Part shown: piece by piece, positions 37,501 through 49,374 of the stretch | How positions within the stretch are numbered: the first letter of the stretch is position 1 | How the letters are laid out: every line of letters begins with the position of its first letter | Source: Tubiluchus corallicola | Taxonomy: Eukaryota > Animalia > Priapulida | Length of the DNA stretch: 64,000 bases | Direction of reading: 5' to 3' | Assembly (NCBI GenBank): GCA_030141605.1 | Contig: JAQGDQ010000943.1 | Coordinates: forward strand, 14,566 to 78,565 | Translations under genes and position numbers: made by a program | Notes under the pieces: generated by a model | What the model was told of the DNA's origin: nothing | The model's input: only the letters and a program-made list of their open reading frames with translations | Database searches by the model: none

Positions 37501-40500
37501 AATTCGGTACTGATGCTACGATTCACAGTTTTTGTTTGAGTTTTGATGCATTAATAACAGGTTTGTTTCTTGCTAAATATTAACGCTAAAAAGTATACTT
37601 AGTTTGTTTAGTAAAGTACTAAATCATTGTTATTTTTCTGTTTTAGCTGAAATTGGTCTTTAGCCTGATAGTGTCAGTTTTTGACTACAATCCAAATGTT
37701 GCGACGTGTATGAAAGCTGAAATGTGGCAAAAGTAAGTATAAATCTTCACTGAAACAACTTGTAATAATTTCAGAAAATAAAGAGATCCGTTCTTGTTGG
37801 CAAAAGCAAGCTTAGTATTTTAAGCGATCAGACTGACAAGCAAAAAATGATTGTCTCCCTCTGTGTTTTTTTTGCAGGTTGTTAGATTTAATGCAGGAGG
37901 CCATGCAGATTCTGATTGACAATCCTAACATTGTCCTGAGTGATAATATCCAGGATGAGTCGGAAGTTTATGAGGTAAGTTACTTCTCAATGTGGCGTCT
38001 CATAATGTTTTAACAAAATATCATTTAGCTGTTAAAGGAAAATATGTTTTGAAATATGGTAAAAAGTTTACATGTTAACACTTAACACTTAAAATTGCAG
38101 TTGTATGATTATCCTTCTTATGTTTATTCTTGCTGTCTTTCTGATAGAGTGAAGAAGGGGCTTACCGTGTTCGTGGATGTTTGCTTAGCATGGTCGAACG
38201 GATGGATGAGGAGTTCACGAAGATGCTGCAAGCATGTGATGCTCATAGCACAGAATACGTTGAACGGTAAATGAACTTTTAAATAACCAGACAAATAATC
38301 AAACAAACATTTGAACAACCAGACAAATAATCAAACAAACGTATTGTTACTGATATATGTGACTGCAGAGCTATCTCACAGTAAAGTAATTACGATTATC
38401 ATTTCACTAGTTTCGTATGTTTGCCATCAATCGAAAGCACAGTGCTTTAGTTAACATTTCTTCATCTTAGTGTTTTTGTTTTTGTTTACTAAAACATTGA
38501 TGCATCTAGGCTTAAAGATGAGAAAACCGTTTGCACCATCGTCGAAAAGATGCAGGAATATTTGGAAAGTCGAGACACTTGTTCCACGGATTTTTGCCGC
38601 ATCTATATCCGGCGGATTGAGCACATGTACTACAAGTTTGATTACGTCAAACTGAAACAAATCTTGCAGAAAGAGAAGACTCATGCTGATTCTAATGGAG
38701 ACGAGGCAAAAATAAAGGTTTGTTGTGCATAAGTGCATCTATACCTGATTAATTTGTGTACTAATGTAGCTGTAAGTTTTTCTTTCTACGTGCCATGCAA
38801 CAAAAATTTCATCTTAAAATTCAAAATTCTTAAGCACGTTTTATTAATATCTAAATTTTTCATGTCACACAATTACTGTGTAAAAACAATTTGTAACAGG
38901 TTATAAACATTAAACTATATACAAGAACTGAAACACTGGAATGAGTTAGTATGAGCTAATATTATATTCTCCATTAATTTTAATTTTTTTAACCGTGATT
39001 TTCAATTTTTTGGACAATTACAGTACAAATGTTGCTAATAAATTACGAGTTTCAAACCATGTCAATTATTCCTTCAATTTGTTTTATCTCGATTACGATA
39101 AAATGAATGGGTCATCTTTTGCTTTAACATATTTCAAATTGTCCCTTTGCTAATTTTGATTGTAAAATACCTAAACTGGTTTAGATTTAATTTGGTACTG
39201 TGCAAAATTGCACTGCACAATTCATTTGCTTTTTAATAATTGCATCGCAAAACTTAAATCTGTCATATTTGACAAATTTTCTGAAACAAACATTAATAGA
39301 TCACTCTAACGTGTTCAGACTAGAAAGCTTTCTCGAGCGTTCTCTCTGAGATTAAACTCATAAGCTTGAACGGTTTTGCGAATTCTCTTGGCACATTATT
39401 GCAAACTCTCCGAGAGTTACTCTTGAACATAGACAAGCCCTATTTATTGCGAGAACTCTCAGAGAGAACTGTCGAGAGAAAACTCTCTAGTTTGAATATG
39501 CCTTAAGAGACAGAAATAGCAATGTGAAGACCCTTTGGACATTTTACTTTGTTTACTGTTCAAATTTTTTTTCATGTCATTACGTGCTTTTGAATTTAGA
39601 GGGTGATTGTTTTTTAAAAAAAAATATGGGTATTATCGTAAAACAAAACAAAACAAACACAGAGTGATTTTTTCTCTCATTAGGAGGACACGAAAGAGGA
39701 AGAAACTCAGTTTGATCCCACGGCAGTCATGGACCGACTGTGCAAGTACATATACACAAAAGACATGACGGATCGCATACGAACTCGAGCCATCCTGTGT
39801 CACATTTATCATCATGCTCTACACGATCGTTGGTATGAAGCTCGTGATCTTCAACTCATGTCTCATCTACAGGACACGATTCATCATTCTGATATTCCAG
39901 TGCAGGTATAATATTCAATTTAGTATTTGTTTATTTTTTATTATTTTTTATTTTTTTATTACTTAGTGCTTAATTTGCTCACTTTTGGCCAATTTCAATT
40001 TGTGCTCAACAGCCAAGTGAGCATTTTAACTGTAAATCGTATATATGCATAGTTTAATTATGTTGTCACATATTTAAACTTTGAACTGTTAAAACTTAAT
40101 TCCAAAATCCTAAAATGTGCATTTGTTTTGTTGTTGAATTGTATTCCCACATTTTTGATCAGAAGTACAAAAACATTGTATATTAAAAGTTAGTAGATAC
40201 TGATGTGTTACTGTTAAAAGTTCTTGCATGTGTAAGTGTCACAACTTCAAAAATAGCCGTCACTAATATAAACGGTAGTGTATGAAGTACCATAAAATTC
40301 TTCGTAATTAGCTATATAACTAGGTTGCCATTTTAGAAATAGCACAGAATGGTTACTAATATGAGCAGTTGGGTACCATAAAATTCTTCGTAACTAGCCA
40401 TGTAACTAAGTTCCCATTTTAAAAATAGCTGTCACTAATATAAAGGGTAGTGCGTGAAGTACCATAAAATTTTTTGTATTTGTGAACCTGGGCTATATTG

Positions 40501-43500
40501 AATTAGTGAAGTATAAAACATGCTCACTAAAAATTAGAAATTATATTTGTGTTGCTCTCCACTGGAAATTAAAGTACAAATAGGATGGTAATATTTGAAA
40601 AGTTGAGACTTGTGTGAAATATCTACCTTAAATATTATGTCTTCATTAATAGTAGGTTCTTGATGAGGTTCTTGGAACATGAACATAAAACACAATATAC
40701 CATTAGTGTTCCCATTGTTATTTTATTTTGATTAATATTTTGTGGAAGCCAACAGGCATCAGTACGCTTTAAACTTAAATGCTGTCTTTTGCACAGATTC
40801 TGTACAACCGGACCATGGTACAATTGGGCCTGTGTGCATTCCGCCATGGCAGTATACGTGATGCGCACAACTGTCTGTTAGACATACAGAGCGGTGGACG
40901 TGCTAAGGAACTTTTGGCACAGGTATTTTTACTTGCGTTCATGTGCAGAGTGAAATCTCACGTAGTTTTTTCAAGTTTATTGATTGCCTGCACAAAACAT
41001 GTTCCTTTATTTCGTTATTGTACCATCTGGTACTCTAAAGCAAAACAACTCTTTATTGCTTTTTAACTACTTTGTACCAGTCAATGCAATTTTATCACTA
41101 AATTCTCTTTCCTTTGTCCAGGGATTGTTGATGCAAAGGCAACAGGAACGAAGACCGGAACAGGAGAAAATTGAAAAGCAGCGGCAGATGCCATTTCACA
41201 TGCATATAAACCTAGAACTGCTCGAATGCGTTTACCTTGTATCCGCCATGTTGCTCGAGATTCCTTATATGGCAGGTAAAATTTTCTTCATTCAGTAAAA
41301 AAGAGTTCATTTTTTACGGATTCTGCAATGTGTACTTAACAGGTGTTAATGTATAATTGTATTTTTGAACTTGTTATTGATTTATTGGTAAGAAGGCTTT
41401 TTGACAGTAGTATGACTTGTTTATTATTAGTGAGTGAAATACTGAAAATCAGTTGTTCTGTAAATCACTGTCTTTCACTGTCACTGGCATCTGTGGTTTG
41501 GTAATTCATTCTGGTGATCATTCAAGCTAATTTTTTTTACAAACCACCATGTTGGTATACCAAATAAATTCATTTGTTGATTGTAACCAAAGAGATTTAA
41601 TTAATATACATATTCTATGGTCTATATTCTGTATTCTACAAAAATATTCTATATGTGAAGTTTCGTACGGCAAAATTATACTATTGCTGGTACATATTGA
41701 AAAGCCATTTATTTTCACCCCACCTCTATATTATATACCTCTACCTCTATATCCTTTACGAAGCCATTACATAGCAAGTATAAAACTCCTTATATGGAAT
41801 TGGCTCATCGATTCAGCAGGCATACAGGTAGGTGCATATACCATCTAAGCACCTGTTCCACAGTTCAACTAGCATACAAGAGGCAAGATAAATTACTTTC
41901 AAGTTTTTTAACATTAATTTCCCTGTTTGGACATTCACGTTTGTACAAAGCACTTGCCAAAATGCACAATTTCTTCATGACAGCATAATCCAGTATTGAA
42001 CCAGGAATTCTTGGCCTCCGGAAAGCCTGGATTCGAACCAACCAGGTTACCCAATTCCTGGCGGTGAGGACCCACCAGCATTACAGTATTTTAAAATATT
42101 AGATCAAGTATTGATTTGTATGCCTGAAGTTGGAAGATGAATGTTGATAAATAAATTATTATCAGATGACTTTCTAGCTATCTTACTTGCCAGAGAGCAT
42201 TAAAATATGAATTTTACGGTTACCGTATTGCAATATTGACGCTGCAATATTGTTCTGAAAAAAAGTCTATGTTATTAGGTAGTTATTCATGTTACTTCAT
42301 ATATACTTATGTTTTCCAGCCCATGAATTCGATCCTCGTCGTCGAATGATCAGCAAAAGTTTCCATCATCAACTGAAGATTGCTGAGAAGCAGACATTGA
42401 CCGGGCCGCCGGAATCTATGCGAGAGCATGTTGTTGCCGCCTCCAAGGCCATGAAAGTTGGAGACTGGCGTGCGTGTCGGGATTACATTCTTAGTGAAAA
42501 GATGAAGAATAAGGTTTGTGTTTCTTCCAGTTTTTCTAGTTTGTGAAATTTATAAACTTATAAATAGACGTAGTTTATGTATGTCTGTTGAGGCAACAGT
42601 ACAATCTACTTGATTATCCTCATTTATTCTACTTCCTTAGGTGTGGAATTTGTTTCCGGAAACGGGGAAGGTGTGCGAAATGATAAAGCAGAAGATCCAG
42701 GAGGAGTCGTTGCGCACTTACCTGTTCACGTACAGCTCCGTCTATGATTCGCTCAGTCTCATTACGCTAAGTGAAATGTTTGAAATGGAGAAGGGATTAG
42801 TGCACAGCATTATCAGCAAAATGATTATCAATGAAGAGCTAATGGTGAGCTTTGTGTATTATTTGCGTTTGAATTGCTGCTGCTTTTTAAAATATTGTTT
42901 ACGTGAGGAGAGGTTTATAGCCACATTGTTTTGCCCATGTGTTTTGTGTCTGAAGTTAGTTAAGCAACACTGATGCTCGTCAGTGAATAGATGAGCGTCA
43001 GCACTCATATTCAGTGCTTCCATTGGTCATATGTGTTCTGGCTGCTTACTTCATAGAGGGAAAGTGCACATACATCCGAATGTGGCTGCAATATTGCTGC
43101 CAGTTCATCGCAAAGGATTACACTGATAATCAGCAAGATGCTAGTCATGCCACACACATAACTGTTGAGCAGGTCATGCTTTGAATGCTGAATTGTATTT
43201 AAAAATGATAACACTGCATCACATGTACACTCTTTCCAGTAAATGTCCAGATTTTGACCTTATTAGTGTATTCTCGATGAAACTGTCTTATCAAACTAGA
43301 ATTTTATTTTTAAGTTGGCCTCAAACTCAAGTTTCAATATACAATACTCATTGTCATGGTTTATGTTAATTTTATCACTTAACTAAATATGCCAGTATCT
43401 AACTAGCAAGAACTGGTTTGGGCTTGTAAAATGCTTGGATGACTGAAGCTAAATTTTCTTTTCTATAATGCTACAAATATTTTCCTTTTGTGCTGTAATA

Positions 43501-44401
43501 TCACCATGATTTGTGTAAAATTGAAATGTTCGTTATACCTGGTAGTACTGTCTGTTCAGTCATGAGGAAGTCATAATAATTACTAGCTTCTTCTTCGTTG
43601 CTGATGCGATATCTGCAACATACTTATATTTACTGGCTCTAAATGACGAATAAAGTAATATTTCTCGAAAACTATTTTACAATCTGTCATCGAAATGGCT
43701 TAAAAGGAATTGATACCTTCATTATTTACTTAGCTTTTGTTTTCCTTTGTTGTGTTGACAAGCGTGCTAGAGGACATAAAAGCATGGCGTGAAATAACAT
43801 TTAAAACTTGTGTTCTGATCAAATTTTGTAATGATATCTAATGATAAATGAATAAACTTATTTGTGATTTCTATTTCTAGGCGTCATTGGATGAACCGAC
43901 TCAAACTGTAGTCATGCACCGTACTGAACCTTCTCGTCTGCAATCGTTAGCGCTGCAGCTTAGCGAGAAGATTTCCACGCTTGTAGAAAACAACGAAAAA
44001 CTTCTTGAGATGAAACAAGGAACTTACGGTAATGCTGAACACCATCATATTGTAACTTATGTTAAACTGTTACCATATCTGTTTTATGGGTTGTTTAGAT
44101 AATGTCACAACTTAGGAATTACTTAGATTCTCTTAGGAAAATTATAGTCAAAAAAATAAAATTGTAAAAGAACTGTATTTGTGAGAAAGTTATAGTATCG
44201 TAAAAAAGAAAAGAAAAAAGTTTTCCAGAAATAAAGAATTGGTCTTTTAACTTTGTTAACTGAGTAGCTATGCAGATTTTTTTTAAATGTTTTCCATTCT
44301 TTTCTGAGAATGCTGGTAGAACTGCTAGTAATAAAATTTGAATATATAAACTTGCAAAATGAAAAATGCATCTCTCTCCCCCTCCCTCCCTCCTTCCCTC
44401 T

Positions 44402-44489
<88 letters not shown>

Positions 44490-45881
44490 CCCTCTCTTTC
44501 TCTCTCTTGCTCTCTCATGATGCAGTTTCATACAAGATTTTTTCATGTATTGTTCAGGTCAAAACACTGCATTTCAAAGAACTGGACAAAGAAACTACCA
44601 AGACCAGTGGGGTAAGTATTTTCAATGGTTGTTTCTATTATGAGATTTCGTTGGAGTTTTAAGCCTTCCAAGTGAAGTACTGGGTGGTGCAGAAAAATGC
44701 GCTGAAGTCCAGACTATCATATTAGAAGCAAATGCCCTACAAAGTGGAAATTTCTCAATGTGGTACGAAGACATGTTAGCTTTTGGCTGTGAATTTAAAA
44801 ATGTTAAAAAATTAAGTGCCAGAACAATATCACCTTAATCATTAATTGAAAAACAGCCGTACACGCACATTTCAATATATAGAGAAACGTATATATACAT
44901 ATATTGTTTATTGACCATAAATGCCACTTTGGTGTGTAAAGCACTCAATGCAAAGCAGCAAAACAATAAAGAAATCAACCAGTTTACATCATAGTCTTCA
45001 CACAATATGCAGCACTGGTAAAGATTTGTTGGCAAGAAGAAAATGTGACTTAATCCTCATAACTGCGGTATCCAGAATACACTCAAAGAGAAAGTGCATG
45101 ATGACCATACAACACCATTTGTTGCAGGAGGAACTAAAGGCAAAAATTCTCAAGTGTTGGGACAAAATTCCCATTAAAGAATAAAGAATTCCCATAATAA
45201 TAGCGACATATGAAATTTTTCCCAGCATTCCAAGTCTAATGGAATGACCTAAAACTTATGGCTGGCATATGTAAGCAAATGCAACATCAGCGTGGTAATT
45301 TTCCAGAGATTCCGTTATTTTCTTCACACAATATTATAATGAAAATTTTGGCAGATTTTTTTGCGCTACCTGAATTGGAAGGTTCTCGCATGGCTTTGTT
45401 GCAGTAGCTTTTCAAAGTAGCTTGACATCTTTCGGCGTTTCTACTTTGTTGCAAGAATTTTCAGTTTATCAACTGTAGATACATTTTAATGCAATATCGT
45501 TATGTGAATTATTGCATCACTGTAGTTTTCTGTTTGTTTATTTTAAATTCAGCGTCAAAAGTACTCTCTCTGTCAAAAACGAATGGATCATTTGCTTGGC
45601 CAGTAATTGATTGTTGTCTTTGTTCACGGAAAGTTTTCATGGTTTTGTTTTCTGCAGTTTTAGCATAACTGAACAATTAATATTTGCAAAATTGTATGAA
45701 CTGTTTCTGCTGTAGATAATCGGATTTGGAAGTAGTGTGATTGTTTTAGAGCAAAAGACGGGGGAAAGAAAGAAGGGGAAAGTGGAAGAGTGTGTGAGAG
45801 AGAGAGAGAGAGGGAGAGGGCGAGGGAGGGCGGGGGGTCAAGGGAGAGAGAGAGAGGGAGAGGGAGGGAGGGAGGGAGGGA

Positions 45882-45971
<90 letters not shown>

Positions 45972-46259
45972 AGAGAGGAAGAATGGAAGGAAGAAGAGAG
46001 TGAGAAGGGGAAAAAGAAAGAGGAGAATAAGCAAGAAGGTGAAAGGGGAAGCTTAAAAAGAAAGTGTGGCCAATGGAAGATGGAATAGGTTGTATTTTCT
46101 GCACTAATAATTCTGTATTTTTGCTGCTCATAATGTGTGATGTTGCTTCCAGGTCGTCGAGATCAGAGGTCGTCGCAAAATCAGTCTGGACGGAACATTG
46201 GAAGGCAGAGTTACGGTCGAACTGGCGATCAACAGAAGTCGTACTATGGCCGGAATTAG
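28546..46259 (+). CDS. EIF3C: Eukaryotic translation initiation factor 3 subunit C, spliced, 918 aa
   Basis: Exons: 28546-28655, 29531-29596, 29945-30021, 30285-30397, 31044-31165, 35501-35731, 36141-36282, 36908-37084, 37647-37732, 37878-37974, 38148-38266, 38510-38717, 39684-39905, 40797-40922, 41122-41275, 42320-42513, 42641-42844, 43881-44028, 44558-44611, 46153-46259. Total 2757 nt, all GT-AG, frame continuous, TAG at 46257-46259. Hallmarks: [84 protein letters not shown]-domain [11 protein letters not shown]. Confidence 0.97.
29720..29860. repeat. 36-bp minisatellite, 4 copies, in EIF3C intron 2
   Basis: Unit TTTAACAAARTATTGCAGTACCTCATTCGGCAGTGC. Confidence 0.9.
31405..35454 (-). pseudogene. 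Inverted partial copy of EIF3C (exons 4-9 with introns) inside EIF3C intron 5
   Basis: 31405-33735 is the reverse complement of 35450-37778; 34159-35454 is the reverse complement of 30118-31413; 33736-34158 is single-copy. The ORF track shows mirror-image ORF pairs, e.g. 33450..33671(-) = 35514..35735(+). Confidence 0.93.
39308..39503. mobile_element. Short MITE (PIF/Harbinger-like) in EIF3C intron 12
   Basis: ~40-bp imperfect TIRs: left GTGTTCAGACTAGAAAGCTTTCTCGAGCGTTCTCTCTGAGA; right reverse complement ATATTCAAACTAGAGAGTTTTCTCTCGACAGTTCTCTCTGAGA. TAA/TTA trinucleotides flank it. The superfamily call is tentative. Confidence 0.6.
41640..41865 (-). repeat. Second copy of the dispersed repeat at ~19290-19500
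   Basis: Reverse-complement similarity, including a 21-nt exact match. Confidence 0.6.
44371..44516. repeat. (CT)n/(CCCT)n microsatellite
   Basis: Direct reading; it explains the RERE/SLSL ORFs here. Confidence 0.97.
45796..45980. repeat. (GA)n/(GGGA)n microsatellite
   Basis: Direct reading. Confidence 0.97.
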
Positions 46260-46382
46260 TCCCCTAGTTGATGCAGTCTTATTTAATTCAAGATCTGGTT
46301 CGGTTGCGGAATGGGGAGCAAATATTAGAATTTCAGAGAAAATCACTCCGAGTAAACAATTGTTTACATGTAATGATTGAAT

Positions 46383-46388
46383 AATAAA
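46383..46388 (+). terminator. Candidate polyadenylation signal of EIF3C
   Basis: AATAAA ~125 nt after the stop codon, followed by a GT/T-rich tract (TTGTTTGTTGTTTGT). Confidence 0.6.
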
Positions 46389-48686
46389 GTCTTTGTTGAT
46401 GGAATTGTATATTGTTTGTTGTTTGTAATGTCCAAGTTGATGTAGCTAAAGGACTACGTAATATAAACAATTTTCGCTTTTGAAATGTAGCAGTTTATAA
46501 ATTTGCAAACAATAAATAATTGTATTTGAAGTAGGAGATACAATTTAGTATCGGTAAGCAAGTGATATCCGTATGTAATTTGAAGTATATGTACATGCGC
46601 AATAAAATAAAAGAAGAATACTATGTGTATACAGATTGCAAGAATGTTGCAAATTGCAAGAGTAATGCTGATAAAATTACAATGTTTTAAAAACAAAAAC
46701 ACGGCCAAATTGACAAATATCCAAGCTAAAACCAAAGTTAAAATTCCAAATAAAGTAAAACAATCAAATAATATAACCAACTAAACAAATAATGTCATTA
46801 TCATAGCTACTGAAACAGAAATATGAGCTATATTATAATTTTAATCTACGCATAATTCTTTCGCAGTTAAGTCATAAAGGACCAAAAGGATGATCTGTGT
46901 TGCAAGTACTTAACAAAAAAGTTCTCTTTTCCTCAAGGAATTTCCCCCTGTAATTTTGAGACAAATAAGAACTTGCAGCTTTGGGCTAACTGGTTTAAAA
47001 CACCTATTCGACTACTGAGTTGTAGAATGTATTTGCTAAAGAGAAGTGAGTTTAATGCCATGCTTGGCCTATTTAGTAAAATGTGCAACAGAGCAGAGTT
47101 GATAGGACTTGAACTGATAATGCTTGGACCTATTTATGATGTTAACCTTAACTCTGACTTTATCTTAGCGGCGCCAAACATTTTGGCTTCATGCAATTTA
47201 CCTTAGACAATCCCAGCCTTCAAGACAGAATGATTTATCCAAAATCTGTCTAACATATACAGTTGTATCTACTTTCTCACATACGCTATACAAGAAGTAT
47301 TCCATTTAAGAAGTCAATGGATTTTGTCCTTTGTTTCTTCAGTATTGGTACTCATACTTCACATGTGATTGTAATGTTTACAAAATTAAACTGTGTGCTA
47401 CCTGGAACAAGGACACGCCATTTCTGTCCCTTCTTCTCAGTAACAATTCATTCTGTTAGTTCCTAAAGTCGACACCATCTAATTAGTGTGATCGTAATGC
47501 CAAGGTTATTGTTAATAATGGCACTAACCCAAAGTTAATTAAATTTGATATCAAGTTAAAAAATCAACAAATGTGAAAAGTTGGGATACAGTTCAATTCA
47601 ATTCAATTTACACTTTTGTTTCAGACTTTAAAGTTCAAATAAAACCACACATAGACTAAATAAAAAATATATGAGATATTAACGCTACATATTAAAAAGT
47701 AAAACTGATGGCCAAGAAAAACCAAATCAGTTTTTAGACTGTTCACCTTTGGCTTTATAATATGACAAATAAAAAATGTCTTTATATAAAAACTAAAATT
47801 GCATTAAAACAGAGCATACAGTTACAAAAATACACATACATGAATACACGCTATTCTCATAATCACAAACAATAGGCAATGCACCCAAAACCAATAACTA
47901 AAATTGTTCAGCCTGCATTTGAACTAGGACCTTCTACTTACGCCTCAGACGATTGGGCCTTTTAAGCAGAGAGCTGCTGGTTCAATTCCAAACTGCATCC
48001 CAACTTTTTCACATTTTCTGTCTATCAAATTCGGTTTCAAAATTTAGTTAGTAGTTAGTTTCAACCACTTACTAGCGTTAATTTAGTTGCTACTTTGTAA
48101 CTTGAACTTCCCATTTCCGGCAGCTCCGTCTTCAACAATGCTTTGTTCCGCTTACGGTGAAAAAGCAACTCGTATATCACGGGCTTCCTCTCCCCCAGCA
48201 ATTGTTCTTTATTATTATTAAAGCACGCGTTTCTTCTGTTTATTCTCCTCTTTTGTATCACCCCCCCCCCATAACAGTCTATTCTGCCAGTAATTTGCAC
48301 TAAGCACAACCAGGGCTTCTTTTTCTATCTTCCTATGACTTGCATCTTTCCGTAACAACGGCTTCTATTCGTGATTAACTTGCACAACACCTGTCGAATG
48401 AGGTCACCCTTTCTATTACTGACATAACAATTGTGTAGGTTACGGGAGTGCGTTTTATTCTAGCTTAGGCTTTCCTTTTCCCACTTTTCCTTAAGCAGTG
48501 TTTTCTTTATGATTAAAGTGATCATAGCCTGTGACTCAGATTTCTAATTTTAATAATGGCTTGCTCCCTTTGTGCTTGAATTGTACACCACTTGTAGCTA
48601 TAAAAACTTATTCTCATACACAGATCCACAAACATTTCCATCCATTTGTGATTAAAGCGCACATCTATCTATAGTCAGTTTGTGCG

Positions 48687-48960
48687 GAGGAGATCCACGG
48701 TTGAGTGGATAAGTGCACGCATTTTTTGTGAGTGTCGTGTGCTCGCCATTGGTTCGATGCTCACTCTGGGTGCTATTATACGTGAATATTGACGTGACCT
48801 CGTAAGGGGAGGATGTATATACATCCGAACGCGATTAAGACAGCTCTGCTGAGAGGAATAACCATGATAATGACCAGATTCCAGTCTTGCCACAAGCATC
48901 TCGTTGAATAGGCGTTGTTTGAATGCTCGTAGCTCGAGTGTACCATAAAAATTTAAAAAA
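48687..48960 (+). mobile_element. tRNA-derived SINE-like element
   Basis: A-box-like GGTTGAGTGG, B-box-like GGTTCGATGC and an A-rich tail (TAAAAATTTAAAAAA). The 3' body aligns by eye with ~62720-62830. Confidence 0.55.
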
Positions 48961-48973
48961 GCATGCATTAGTC

Positions 48974-49374
48974 CAGTACCAGATTATCCTATAGTCTAGT
49001 ATAAGCTGCAGCCTAAGGCCCCTCAAGCTTATGGGGGAGGGGGGCACAAGCTTCCGTAAACATTTGGTAAAAAATTGTTTTCTCACTACGGCTGTAATTG
49101 AAATATGCACTAATTTGGTTTGCAATAAACAGTAAAACGGTGGTATTTCTTAGAGAATATTTTACTGACAAACAAAAGATAGCTATTCGAATTTCCTTAA
49201 AAATGCAATAAATTTACTTCAAACTATGTAAATGCCGCTAAACTATATCAATAGTTTAGTAAACAGTAAAAAAATATTCAAGACGAGCGCGGGCGAGTTT
49301 GGGGGTAGCTCCGTCTGAGGGGGTCCCATAATTTCATTAGTCTAGGGGCCAAGAAAGGTTTTAATCCGTCCCTA
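48974..49374 (+). mobile_element. hAT-like MITE, copy 1
   Basis: Ends CAGTACCAGATTA ... TAATCCGTCCCTA (imperfect TIR). The body clearly matches 62887-63250, e.g. GCTGCAGCCTAAGGCCCCTC, AACATTTGGTAAAAAAT and GTGGTATTTCTTA. Confidence 0.7.

Noticed and set aside
44123-46131. RE-rich and SL-rich ORFs
   Set aside because: Translations of (CT)n/(GA)n microsatellites.
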